Shown piece by piece: positions 19,500 to 28,673 of a stretch of 64,000 nt of DNA. The notes beneath the pieces are model-generated. The model ran no database searches, was not told the origin of the DNA, and saw only the letters and a program-made list of their open reading frames with translations. The position numbers and the translations under genes are program-made. Position 1 is the first letter of the stretch, and each line of letters begins with the position of its first letter. The stretch comes from a virus, in IMG/VR virus record IMGVR_UViG_3300029822_000003, positions 1 through 64,000 of that record, one strand, 5' to 3'.

Positions 19500-20336
19500 A
19501 TGAATAATAAGTTTTATAAAAAAGATTGGCTTATGTGGTTAATGTTTGCAATATGTATACCTATTGGAATTGCATTAATGTGGATAAATAATAGGTATAA
19601 AAAAGCTGTAAGAATAATAACATCTATTCTTTATTTATTTCTTTTCTGGATTGAATGTGATGTAATAAGGGATTATCAAAATAGTTTTTCTATTATAATT
19701 GCTTATATTGTTATGTTTGTTTTATTGCCATATATAATAGTGCATTGGAAACAAATACCTGATAAAAGCAATTATTATGACAATGTTAATGAAATACCTA
19801 ACTATAACAACCAAGGTAATGAGGTATATCCTCATTTTATAAAAAAGAAAAATTTCTTTCAAAGACACAGAGTTTTTACTTTTGCTTTAGCTGCTGTTTT
19901 ATTTATAGCAGGGTTATCTATGTTAGGAAACGCTAAGAAGAATAGCACGACAACCACTTCACAAAATCAATCTTCGGTTACAAGCCAATCAAATACAATG
20001 GAAAATCAATCTTCTAATGCAACTAGTTCAGTTCAACCCGCCAAAGAAAAAACTTGGGTTGATGTAACAAAGTTTGAGGGTAATGGAATAAAAAATACAG
20101 AAAAGTTTACAATTGATTCTGACGAATGGAGAATTGTGTGGTCTACGCAAGTCGGAGATGCAGGAAAGCAGAATTTCCAAATATACGTAAATGATAAAGA
20201 TGGAGAACTGGTAGACCTTGTCGCAAATATAATAGGACAAGGCAATGATACAAGTTATATGAATAAGAGTGGAGAATATTCATTAAAGATAGTCTCCGGT
20301 CAACCTTATACAATAACAATTCAAGAGAAAAAATAA
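19500..20336 (+). CDS. Membrane-anchored surface protein (moron)
   Basis: Same N-terminal KFY.KDW.MWLMFA.C.PIGI.LMW domain as the upstream gene; further TM, S/T/Q linker and beta-rich domain. Confidence 0.7.
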   Translation: MNNKFYKKDWLMWLMFAICIPIGIALMWINNRYKKAVRIITSILYLFLFWIECDVIRDYQNSFSIIIAYIVMFVLLPYIIVHWKQIPDKSNYYDNVNEIPNYNNQGNEVYPHFIKKKNFFQRHRVFTFALAAVLFIAGLSMLGNAKKNSTTTTSQNQSSVTSQSNTMENQSSNATSSVQPAKEKTWVDVTKFEGNGIKNTEKFTIDSDEWRIVWSTQVGDAGKQNFQIYVNDKDGELVDLVANIIGQGNDTSYMNKSGEYSLKIVSGQPYTITIQEKK

Positions 20337-20364
20337 AAGACATAGATTTTACTCTATGTCTTTT
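20335..20364. terminator. Bidirectional terminator; exact inverted copy at 22152-22181
   Basis: AAAAGACATAGATTTTACTCTATGTCTTTT versus AAAAGACATAGAGTAAAATCTATGTCTTTT. Confidence 0.75.
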
Positions 20365-20369
20365 GCATA

Positions 20370-20609
20370 CTACTTCCTATTAAATTTATATCCCTGTTTA
20401 TAGTATTCCCTATAAGCTATGGCTGCGGTATTTGTAATGCAGTCATTATATTCCTTTATCAAGGAAGATACCTTGTCTAGCATCTTCTCTAGTTCTTTTG
20501 CTACCCTAGTGGTCTTTTCTTTCGCTTGTACATATTCTGGATTCCTTGCCAACACATCATAAGCTTTATTTTCGCTGAATTTATTGTACATTCTATCTGG
20601 ATTTTTCAT
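20370..20609 (-). CDS. Hypothetical protein, helical paralog family member 1
   Basis: EY..AK...EYNDCI....AI..R.YY..G motif shared with 22186-22434. Confidence 0.7.
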   Translation of the reverse strand: MKNPDRMYNKFSENKAYDVLARNPEYVQAKEKTTRVAKELEKMLDKVSSLIKEYNDCITNTAAIAYREYYKQGYKFNRK

Positions 20610-20746
20610 TTTGATTTCCTCCTTGGTGTTTATATGATTTTAAAACGTCTATAACCTCTTTAAGTGTTTCGATATATTTATCTAAAACACAGTTCAAATT
20701 TTCTTCTTTCCTTTTAATTTCTTTTTTATCTTCCATAATATCTCTC

Positions 20747-21577
20747 CTAACCCAAAATGTTGATTAAATCTTGAAATGTATTCTCATAGTACAGCGGTTG
20801 TGTTTCTTTTTCTGTTCCTCTTGAAGATATTACATTCTTGCCATAACTTAGCCCTTTTTCTGTGAGCTTTTTATAATGCTTGAATCCTTTTGCGTTTGTA
20901 GATTTTCTTGTACATTCCTCTAAGTAGCCATATTGAATCATAAGTTTGTTAAATCTTATAATAGTAAGTGGAATGCTGTATTTCTTTAGAAGTTCCGTGG
21001 CTGAATGTCCTTCTTGTTCATCTACATAGTTAGGAAGGTATGCAGTTGTTAAACCTTGGGATTCGTTAAACCCTTTTAGCATCTTTACTGTTGACGCTTG
21101 ACTAGGCTTCAATATGTCTACTGCAAGCTTAAACCCTTCTTTTTCTAATTTTAGTTGTTCCATTTTATTATTAGAAGCCATGTTCTCTATTATGTTTTCT
21201 TTTATTTCTTGCAATTTAAAATAGTTATTTATCAGCTCCCGCTGTACCTTCCAAGCCAAATCATCTGTGAAAGATTTTACTAACATTAGGTAACCTGATT
21301 CAGTTATAAGGATTCCGTTAGGTGCAAATTTATCAAATCCAAAGCTTTGTACGAAATTCGTACCGACCTCTCTCTTGCTTATTTCAAAATAATCTACACC
21401 CTTTATGAACCTTTCTGTTTTTCCATCACCTTCATATTTATTTTCATTAAAGTTTCTTTTAGCGGTTCCATCTGGTCTTCCGTGCACAAGATCAATATCT
21501 TTAAAAGTTACAACTCTTTGTCCTTTGTATTCTTTTGCAATTATTTGTTTATTGAAAATAGTTACAGTTTCGTTCAT
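20747..21577 (-). CDS. ORF6N-domain antirepressor-like protein
   Basis: EYKGQRVVTFKDIDLVH..P.GTA.RNF and LITESGYLMLVKSFTDDLAW. Confidence 0.85.
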   Translation of the reverse strand: MNETVTIFNKQIIAKEYKGQRVVTFKDIDLVHGRPDGTAKRNFNENKYEGDGKTERFIKGVDYFEISKREVGTNFVQSFGFDKFAPNGILITESGYLMLVKSFTDDLAWKVQRELINNYFKLQEIKENIIENMASNNKMEQLKLEKEGFKLAVDILKPSQASTVKMLKGFNESQGLTTAYLPNYVDEQEGHSATELLKKYSIPLTIIRFNKLMIQYGYLEECTRKSTNAKGFKHYKKLTEKGLSYGKNVISSRGTEKETQPLYYENTFQDLINILG

Positions 21578-21590
21578 TTGTTATCGCTCC

Positions 21591-21676
21591 TTGATTTTAT
21601 ATTAGGAGTATAGTACAATAATATTGTTGAGATATAATCGTACTACGCTCCCTATAGAGTAATCTAAGGGAGTTTT
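21591..21676 (+). ncRNA. Putative antisense RNA in the antirepressor leader
   Basis: TTGATT-17-TACAAT, about 50 nt, then CTCCCT..AGGGAG-TTTT terminator. Confidence 0.55.
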
Positions 21677-21678
21677 AT

Positions 21679-21852
21679 TTATGCTTTTTTATTTTCTTTT
21701 ATCCATTCCAACACCTCGCTTTTAACAAATTTAATTTTCCCCGCCCAGTTATAAGCAGGCATTCCTTGCTTGCGTAATCTATCAATTGTCTTTTCACTAC
21801 AATCTAAAATTTTTGCCATTTCCTCTTTGCTTACAAAATTTTCTTCATTCAT
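21679..21852 (-). CDS. HTH_17/excisionase-like DNA-binding protein (57 aa; not in ORF track)
   Basis: MNEENFVSKEEMAKILDCSEKTIDRLRKQGMPAYNWAGKIKFVKSEVLEWIKENKKA; paralog of 47145-47354. Confidence 0.8.
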   Translation of the reverse strand: MNEENFVSKEEMAKILDCSEKTIDRLRKQGMPAYNWAGKIKFVKSEVLEWIKENKKA

Positions 21853-21887
21853 ATTCAAAAATCTCCTTTGACTTACCCTACAATTAC

Positions 21888-21916
21888 ATTATAAGGCAAA
21901 ATAATATACTTGTCAA
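21888..21916 (-). promoter_or_regulatory. Consensus sigmaA promoter
   Basis: TTGACA-17-TATAAT. Confidence 0.8.
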
Positions 21917-22185
21917 TACTATTTATTATGTATTCCTTAGACTAGTTTGGACTATGCAAGACATTTTTATTTTAGCTTTATTATAAATCTATTAAAAAGT
22001 AATGTCAACATTTACAGAGCAAAAAATTGAATATTATTAATAAATACCGAGTGTAATATGCTTAAATTAGAACAAACTTGTTATGGTGGTAGTGCTTGAC
22101 TGCGGAATCAGCAACTTCTATAAGTAGTGGTTTACAACAAAATAGCAATATAAAAAGACATAGAGTAAAATCTATGTCTTTTGTT

Positions 22186-22434
22186 TTATTTAAACAACTT
22201 TCTACCGTAATTGAATCCACTTGTATAATATTTTCTCATTACGATAGCGTTTACATCCACTATGCAATCATTATACTCTATCAGAAATTTTAGCTGGTTT
22301 GGAGTAAGTACGTTCTTTATTTGTTTTAAGGCTTGTCTATATTTGCTTTTTGCTTTTACATACTCCTTATCTACATTTAATTTGTCTTGCACATTACTTA
22401 AAAAATCATTATAACACTTGTCTACTATTTTCAT
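22186..22434 (-). CDS. Hypothetical protein, helical paralog family member 2
   Basis: Similar to 20370-20609; AGGAG RBS. Confidence 0.7.
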   Translation of the reverse strand: MKIVDKCYNDFLSNVQDKLNVDKEYVKAKSKYRQALKQIKNVLTPNQLKFLIEYNDCIVDVNAIVMRKYYTSGFNYGRKLFK

Positions 22435-22701
22435 CTTAACATCTCCTATTTAGTATTTTAAAGATATTACATTTTTACCATAGTTCAAGTTATAAATTCT
22501 TGTAATGCTTAATTCCTTTATTGCTGGTAGATTTTTCTGATTATTGTAAGTATTCATATTATAACATAAATTTGTTAAAATTTACAGTATAAAAAGGAAT
22601 ATTATACTAAAAAAATTCGATATTAGTTTAAAATTTCAAAATATAGAGTAAAAAAAGTAGCCGTTACATATTTTATAACAACTACTTTTATATTGCATAT
22701 A

Positions 22702-22815
22702 TTAAATTTTATCTATTATACTTATTTGTGAATTAGCACCACGTATCATAAGTGCCAGGTCTTCATTGGGTTCCCATTTATTTATAAAATCATATGCATT
22801 ACCTATATCTATATA
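22702..22815 (-). pseudogene. Remnant of an ORF6C-type antirepressor C-terminus
   Basis: YIDIGNAYDFINKWEPNEDLALMIRGANSQISI in frame behind two TAA stops; resembles the C-terminus of 45907-46617. Confidence 0.55.
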
Positions 22816-22830
22816 TTAATTTTTACTTAT

Positions 22831-23589
22831 TTACGCACTTTTGAATTTATTTATAAAGTAAATTTGCCCTTTCCCCGTAACCTTAGGTGTCTTTGAAATA
22901 CTTATATGTCCATCACTATGATTTATAGTTGTTTCTTTTATTGTAAATAATCCTAAATCCATAGATTTTTGAGTTGGCATATTATAGTCAGTGCCTTTCC
23001 TACTAATTAAGTATTCATTGCTACGGAGCCATTCAAATAATCTGTTTTGACCTACATTAATATCATTTTGTTTAAGTATTTTTGCTAATTCCCCAATTAA
23101 AATAGATGTTGTAGAAGCTTGCACACTATCAGCAAATATTACTTTAGGTTCTTGCTCTTTAAGCTTTTTATCTTTATTGTCAATAGTTCTTTTAGCAATT
23201 ATTAAAGCTTTCGAAAGAATGTCCTGGTCAGTGTCTTTTTCATCTTGAGGTATATATCCACCAGTATGATTTATTTGTGGAAGTACTTCGTCAAATATCC
23301 AACTTTCAAATTCATCTGCACCAGGTAATTCAGAGTTTGCTGCTAATCTATATATGTCTCCTTCTGGTATAACATTAACTTCTATAGTCTTGGTTTTACT
23401 TTGTGGATGAGGTATATAACATTTCGTTACCCACCTACAATGGTCATTAATGGCCTTATTGGGGTTTGTATATCCTAATGATTTTGCAATGTCTACAGCT
23501 ACAAAATGAACTTTATCTTTTACAATTACACTTCTTATTTTCCCAAACTTAGGATTATTAAAAATTTGTATTTTGTCTTCCATAAGCAT
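22831..23589 (-). CDS. Phage antirepressor (Bro-N + KilAC/ANT)
   Basis: FNNPKFGKIR, IPEGDIYRL, FESWIFDEVLP; PKVIFAD..GQNRLFEWLR..PKVTGKGQIYF. Confidence 0.92.
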   Translation of the reverse strand: MLMEDKIQIFNNPKFGKIRSVIVKDKVHFVAVDIAKSLGYTNPNKAINDHCRWVTKCYIPHPQSKTKTIEVNVIPEGDIYRLAANSELPGADEFESWIFDEVLPQINHTGGYIPQDEKDTDQDILSKALIIAKRTIDNKDKKLKEQEPKVIFADSVQASTTSILIGELAKILKQNDINVGQNRLFEWLRSNEYLISRKGTDYNMPTQKSMDLGLFTIKETTINHSDGHISISKTPKVTGKGQIYFINKFKSA

Positions 23590-23594
23590 CCCTC

Positions 23595-25034
23595 CTATAT
23601 AGCTTTCTTAGCTTGTTCTAGTTCTTGGACAAACAAATCTACCTGTTCTGAATTTAAGGTTAGTTCTTTATCGCAAATAACCTTTATCTTTCCTTCCTCC
23701 TGTAAGTCATACTTTGCAAATTCTCCTTTTAGTAATAATGGTTTTAACATATAAATTTCCTCCTTATTTTCTTTTTTAATTTCTTGTATAGGTTGTTCTG
23801 GCTCTTTAATGGATTCTTTTACAGTTTCTATAGGCTTTTGCACCTTAATTTCATTTTTAGGATTTTCTTCAACGGGTTTTATTTTAACAATTGCTTTTCC
23901 TGTAGATATTTTATTTTCTGGTTTTATCGGTGTTGTAGCCCAATCGTGCCTTAAATTATGCACAAGGGATTCTTCAATGTTTAATTTCTTAGATATTTCG
24001 CTTTCACTTTTACCTTTATCTAGCATTTTAAAAGCAGTATTTTTTATAAATTCAAATTCGCTTTTATAGTCTATAATTTTGGACATCATAACACCTGTTC
24101 TTTTAGCAATGGCATCATTAGAAAATTTCTGTGAAAACATTTTAAAAACAAACATCTTCTTTTGCATTTCCAATGAATTACATTCTTTATTGTAAAAGCT
24201 TTTATATGTATTTGCGGTACTTTTAGTTATGCCTAACTCTTTCATTACTTCTTTAGTGTTTAATCCTTGTCTGAATAATTTTAAAGCTTCTTCTTTTTTA
24301 CTCAATTTATCACTTCCTAAATATTCCTTTAATTTTATGTAAGCTTTCCTTTCTAGCCTCGACACCTTTACTTGCTGTATACCTAGAATTTCGCCTATTT
24401 GTAACTGCGTGTATTCTTGTAACTTTAATATAATAATTTGTTTTTGCTCCTCTGGTAAAGAATTTACAGCGTTTTGTAAGTCTATATTTTGAATTGCTTC
24501 TTCTTCTAAATTGGAATCACTTGACAAGTAATCTTTTAATAAAATAGGGTCATGGTCTCCGTTATTGTAAACAACCCTTTCTAAAGAATCCGGATTGGTA
24601 GTGTTGTACATTTTATAGGCATCTTTTATATCTTGTTCTGTAATGTTTAAACAATCAGAAAGCTCTTTTATAGTTGGTTTCCTTCCTAACTTTTTTATAA
24701 ATTTTTGGTGAGCAAAACACATGTGCTTAAATGTAGCTTTTAGGCTACGAGATACTCTAATAATTCCATCGTCTCTTAAAAATCTTCGTATTTCTCCCGT
24801 AATCATAGGATAAGCATAAGTAGAAAATTTCACATTATAATCAAAGTTAAATTTATTTATTGCCCTTGTAAGACCTAGACATCCTATTTGAAATATTTCT
24901 TCATACTCATAACCCCTGTTTAAAAATTTCTTGCTTATAGAAGATACTAAAGGAAAATTCAATTCAGCAAATTTGTTTAGGCTCTCTTTTGTCCCTTCTT
25001 TTAATAAGTCTATGTTTTTATCATAGTTCTCCAC
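23595..25034 (-). CDS. SigF/SigG-like RNA polymerase sigma factor with long C-terminal extension
   Basis: NFPLVSSISKKF, QIGCLGL, KFSTYAYPMITGEIRRFLRDDG, TQLQIGEILGIQQVKVSRLE; about 240 extra aa. Confidence 0.88.
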   Translation of the reverse strand: MENYDKNIDLLKEGTKESLNKFAELNFPLVSSISKKFLNRGYEYEEIFQIGCLGLTRAINKFNFDYNVKFSTYAYPMITGEIRRFLRDDGIIRVSRSLKATFKHMCFAHQKFIKKLGRKPTIKELSDCLNITEQDIKDAYKMYNTTNPDSLERVVYNNGDHDPILLKDYLSSDSNLEEEAIQNIDLQNAVNSLPEEQKQIIILKLQEYTQLQIGEILGIQQVKVSRLERKAYIKLKEYLGSDKLSKKEEALKLFRQGLNTKEVMKELGITKSTANTYKSFYNKECNSLEMQKKMFVFKMFSQKFSNDAIAKRTGVMMSKIIDYKSEFEFIKNTAFKMLDKGKSESEISKKLNIEESLVHNLRHDWATTPIKPENKISTGKAIVKIKPVEENPKNEIKVQKPIETVKESIKEPEQPIQEIKKENKEEIYMLKPLLLKGEFAKYDLQEEGKIKVICDKELTLNSEQVDLFVQELEQAKKAI

Positions 25035-25064
25035 TCTGCAACCCCCTACTCGCTATATATGAAT

Positions 25065-25093
25065 ATTATACATCTATATTGAGTACCATTCAA
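25065..25093 (-). promoter_or_regulatory. sigmaA promoter containing the ATATYGAGYA operator
   Basis: TTGAAT-17-TATAAT; ATATTGAGTA at 25076-25085. Confidence 0.65.
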
Positions 25094-25104
25094 TGAAAAA
25101 AGGG

Positions 25105-25338
25105 CTATTTAAAGCCCAATTTCAAACCTTTTTCAAACCATTTTTTATTTTCTTTTTCGTGTATGCTTGTTATAAATTCATCGTATTTCATAAGAAGTTT
25201 TAAACTTTCAGCCGGTATAGCTTTCTCTAATAGATAAAATATAATATCTGCCTGTGTTACTTCTTTCTGATATTCACTATCCTTTTCTAATTCCTTTCCT
25301 ATTGCATTGCATTCTAATAGCTCATTATATTTTTCCAT
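25105..25338 (-). CDS. Hypothetical protein, helical paralog family member 3 (distant)
   Basis: Start at ATG 25338 (GAGGTG RBS); D.EY...L.KYDE.I...WF..G pattern. Confidence 0.55.
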   Translation of the reverse strand: MEKYNELLECNAIGKELEKDSEYQKEVTQADIIFYLLEKAIPAESLKLLMKYDEFITSIHEKENKKWFEKGLKLGFK

Positions 25339-25473
25339 ATTTTTCACCTCTTTGTTAATTATAGCACTTAAAATATTCATGGTCTGCATATTTGTGACAT
25401 TTTTAGACATTACCATTATCTTAATATTGATTTTTGTGATTAAATTCGACATAATAAAAAAAGTATTTGTAAA

Positions 25474-25689
25474 ATGGGTGATATTGTGAGAAATTTAAGG
25501 AAAAAGTTAGGCTTAACCCAAGAAAAGTTAGGACTAAAGATACATGCTAGCCAAAGCTATATAAGTAGAATAGAATGTGGTTACATTGATACCCTTACTA
25601 TACAAAAATTGAGAAAATTATCAAAGGTATTTAGTATGGAATCATGGGAATTGTTAAAAATATTGGAAAAAAATAGAGCCAAATATTAG
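25474..25689 (+). CDS. XRE-family HTH regulator
   Basis: LRKKLGLTQEKLG...SQSYISRIECG. Confidence 0.85.
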   Translation: MGDIVRNLRKKLGLTQEKLGLKIHASQSYISRIECGYIDTLTIQKLRKLSKVFSMESWELLKILEKNRAKY

Positions 25690-25691
25690 CT

Positions 25692-25886
25692 CTATTTTTT
25701 ATTTCTCTGCTTTTCCTGTTCTTCAATTAATATTTCATTTGTTGCTCTTAGGGTACAATATTCGTCAAGCGTTAGTTGCTTCGCTTCCGTTAGTGTCAGG
25801 TTGTGTAGTGCTCTCTCCCACAGCAGGAGATTGTTCCTCGCTCTTAGCCTGTACTGCTTCCTTTTGTTTGAGTACGTAAGTTCTGG
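25692..25886 (-). CDS. Tail assembly chaperone frameshift extension (gpT-like, +1 frame)
   Basis: Start-less open frame ...LLLWERALHNLTLTEAKQLTLDEYCTLRATNEILIEEQEKQRNKK overlapping the chaperone 3' end. Confidence 0.6.
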   Translation of the reverse strand, partial: PELTYSNKRKQYRLRARNNLLLWERALHNLTLTEAKQLTLDEYCTLRATNEILIEEQEKQRNKK

Positions 25887-26181
25887 GATTATTTATAAAT
25901 TCTTGCACCTCGTTTGCTAAATTTCCTATAACTTCAAAGGCATTTTCAGATTCAGATATTTGGTCAATTAAATTTTTGGGAGACATTATGACAACTCCCA
26001 TACAATCCTCTATAAATCCACCTGATTTTCTTATCTTGCCATTAGTTGTTATATTTTCTGCGTATATATCTGCCGTTTTAAAAGGACTTGCCTGTTGCAA
26101 TAATACAGGTACAGTTGTAGTTACTTCTTTTCCTGCTTCATCTACTGTTTTTAATTTTATATTTATAGTTGTACTAAACAT
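25765..26181 (-). CDS. Tail assembly chaperone (gpG-like)
   Basis: Follows tail tube gene; acidic low-complexity tail. Confidence 0.65.
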   Translation of the reverse strand: MFSTTINIKLKTVDEAGKEVTTTVPVLLQQASPFKTADIYAENITTNGKIRKSGGFIEDCMGVVIMSPKNLIDQISESENAFEVIGNLANEVQEFINNPRTYVLKQKEAVQAKSEEQSPAVGESTTQPDTNGSEATNA

Positions 26182-26193
26182 TTATTTCACCTC

Positions 26194-26616
26194 TTAATCA
26201 TAATTTGTGACCAAATTCAGGACACCTATCGTCCATTCTTGGCCTTGTATTTCTTCGCCCCTAGACCATGGAGCTGGTTTTTGCATAACACATTCAGCAC
26301 CACTTACTTCGCTTTTTCCTAAGTCGTTTCCATCTACAATTTTTGTTGCAAAAGTGTCCCTTGAATTATAAAGAGTGGTCAATATTTTATTGCTATCTGA
26401 TGTGTTCATTATTTTAAATTTTACCGTTCCGGAATGGTCATTATTTACAGCAAAGGCCGCATCGTCCCCGCCTTTTGCACCTATGTGTGGTGTATAAGCA
26501 TCGTTCTTGTATTCTGCGTCTATTGTTGAGTTATTAGCAAATCCAGTTATAATATATTGATTACCATCTTGGTCGGTTAAAATCAGATTAACTTTGTCAA
26601 AATCATATGTATTCAT
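26194..26616 (-). CDS. Tail tube protein (DUF3277-like)
   Basis: TYD...V......ITGF...SGTVKF.....S.SN..L; follows sheath gene. Confidence 0.8.
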   Translation of the reverse strand: MNTYDFDKVNLILTDQDGNQYIITGFANNSTIDAEYKNDAYTPHIGAKGGDDAAFAVNNDHSGTVKFKIMNTSDSNKILTTLYNSRDTFATKIVDGNDLGKSEVSGAECVMQKPAPWSRGEEIQGQEWTIGVLNLVTNYD

Positions 26617-26628
26617 TTATTCCACCTC

Positions 26629-27663
26629 CTAAAGTGACACAACTACGCCACCGTTTACTGTTACTTCTTTTATTCCATATAGATAAACATAGCTAAATTT
26701 AATACCGGAAATTTTGCCCGCTTGTATGTCGGCCGCTGGTAGATTGGATGCACTTGTATATGTGACTGTATACATTCCTTTTTTATTTGCATCTTTTTTA
26801 ATTATATTGTTTGACGTTGCATCATCTAAAGCCGTTCCAATGGCTGTAATTATTTGTGATATTCCTGTATCATCTGCACCTAGTTTATTTGTGGCCATTA
26901 AAAGTCTTGCAATTTCTTGTGTGATTCTATATTTAACCCAATCCTTAGATTCTTCATAGTCTATTGATTGGCCATTAGCTGCCAATCCTTCGTCAAGTTG
27001 ATCTGCCGCCATATTCACATTCCCAAATTTCTTTATATATGCGTTCATGTTTTTTCCACGTATAGTGTTAATTTCCGTAGGTGTTAGTGCATCTACTGTC
27101 ATTCCTACAAGAGTTTTAAATTTGAAAATAAAGCTTCCGGGTATTCTACTTGAAGCATATCCTACAGCCGCCGCATCTGTTCTATCTGTATTTTCCTTAT
27201 AAAATAAACTTGTTTTTGCTTTAGTTGTAAAATCTGTAGTAAATGTTGTATTCGCGAATATAGTGTAAAAAGACTTTCCGTTTAGTTCAGCCCAATCACT
27301 TACAGCGCTAATCAATGGTTCTGTTTTATCGTCTAGCAGTAATCTATACCAGTCATTATTTATTGTTATTAATGTATTTAGTGCTGTTACTATATCAGTA
27401 GCCTTTTGCGTGCTTGCAGATAAATCTACTCCATATACAGCAACGGTAATTGGCCTTGGGCTTTGTCCTGCTATTGCGCTTATCATCTTGTACACTTCTG
27501 TATCTACTGCAAAATCTGTTACTACTGCTGTTAAATCTTCACTTATGTCGTATTCTTTATATGCTAAAACCTTGGTTGTACACAAAATCAGTGGCAATCC
27601 AAAGCCTTGTTGAGTTACTACGGTACTTGCATCACTAATATTTATTGTTATATCTTGTGCCAT
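26629..27663 (-). CDS. Tail sheath protein (DUF3383-like)
   Basis: QGFGLPLI, NDWY, PGSFIFKFKTLVG, ID....DW motifs. Confidence 0.85.
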   Translation of the reverse strand: MAQDITINISDASTVVTQQGFGLPLILCTTKVLAYKEYDISEDLTAVVTDFAVDTEVYKMISAIAGQSPRPITVAVYGVDLSASTQKATDIVTALNTLITINNDWYRLLLDDKTEPLISAVSDWAELNGKSFYTIFANTTFTTDFTTKAKTSLFYKENTDRTDAAAVGYASSRIPGSFIFKFKTLVGMTVDALTPTEINTIRGKNMNAYIKKFGNVNMAADQLDEGLAANGQSIDYEESKDWVKYRITQEIARLLMATNKLGADDTGISQIITAIGTALDDATSNNIIKKDANKKGMYTVTYTSASNLPAADIQAGKISGIKFSYVYLYGIKEVTVNGGVVVSL

Positions 27664-27701
27664 TTGTTTTACCTCCTTGTATCATTTGCAATTAAAGTTT
27701 C

Positions 27702-28199
27702 TTATGGTTTAATTACGTTATCATTTATCTCTATACTAGTTACTGGTGTAATTTCTGTAGAAACATTGTCGAAAACTCTTATGGTTAAATCAAATCCCCA
27801 ACAATACTGGTAATCTGTTTCCAAAAAAGTTGTTCTGTCGCCTATATCTCCTACCTTTATTACAACTATACCGCAACTTCTAAAATATTGCTTATTTGTA
27901 ATTTTTATACATTCAATGGTATCTTTTAAGACTTGCAAACATTGTGCTAAGTTATCAGAATATGCTTGGAAACTAAATATCATTTTAGGTTGTTCGGTTA
28001 CATTTAAAACCGTACCCGACCTCACTTTAGTTCCACTTGTAACATCCATATCTTGTTTATAAGGCGTAAGGCAATCTATAGTCACGTAAGGATATGGAGG
28101 TAAATTCCCTTTTAAATTGGCTTTTAGATATGTATAATTAGGATATTTTGTATTTAATCCTTTAATGAATACTTGCCAAACGCTATTTATATCTACCAT
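27702..28199 (-). CDS. Neck / tail terminator protein
   Basis: PPYPYVT...FQAYS...GFDL; synteny. Confidence 0.65.
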   Translation of the reverse strand: MVDINSVWQVFIKGLNTKYPNYTYLKANLKGNLPPYPYVTIDCLTPYKQDMDVTSGTKVRSGTVLNVTEQPKMIFSFQAYSDNLAQCLQVLKDTIECIKITNKQYFRSCGIVVIKVGDIGDRTTFLETDYQYCWGFDLTIRVFDNVSTEITPVTSIEINDNVIKP

Positions 28200-28586
28200 T
28201 TAACCCGCCACCTTATCTAATTTCTTAACATAATATCGTTTTAAAGTGCTTGAAATTCCATATTCTTTAATTGTATAAAGTTGATATGTAACATCATTTC
28301 CCTGTATATCTTTTGTTTTAACTTTTGTTTCATTTAAGAAAACTTGTGGATATTGAGTATATAGTTTTTTATCATTTACGGAAAATTGTCCTCCTACTAT
28401 AGTTTGAAGTTGGTTTAAATCTCTACTTGTTAATGGAAGTAGTACACCCTCGAAATTTATATCTTCTGATGTTCCAGGTACCCATTCTCCGGTGTCTCTA
28501 TTTAATGTAGATTCTCCTTGTATAGTAGTTGTAAAATTTTGTTTCATTTCTGGTAAAAATAAATTATCTTGTGAAAGTCTGCTCAT
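28200..28586 (-). CDS. Head-closure protein
   Basis: G.W..G.....F.G...PL motif; synteny. Confidence 0.6.
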   Translation of the reverse strand: MSRLSQDNLFLPEMKQNFTTTIQGESTLNRDTGEWVPGTSEDINFEGVLLPLTSRDLNQLQTIVGGQFSVNDKKLYTQYPQVFLNETKVKTKDIQGNDVTYQLYTIKEYGISSTLKRYYVKKLDKVAG

Positions 28587-28673
28587 TTAATCACCTTCTC
28601 TATTAAAAATCTTGAAAAAAGTTTTTCATTGTCCTAGTAATTCATCATTTAAGAAATTTTGAAAGTTATTGAA

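Noticed and set aside
22096-22293. Plus-strand ORF from the track
   Set aside because: Runs through an IS-end relic and a terminator and overlaps a better minus-strand gene
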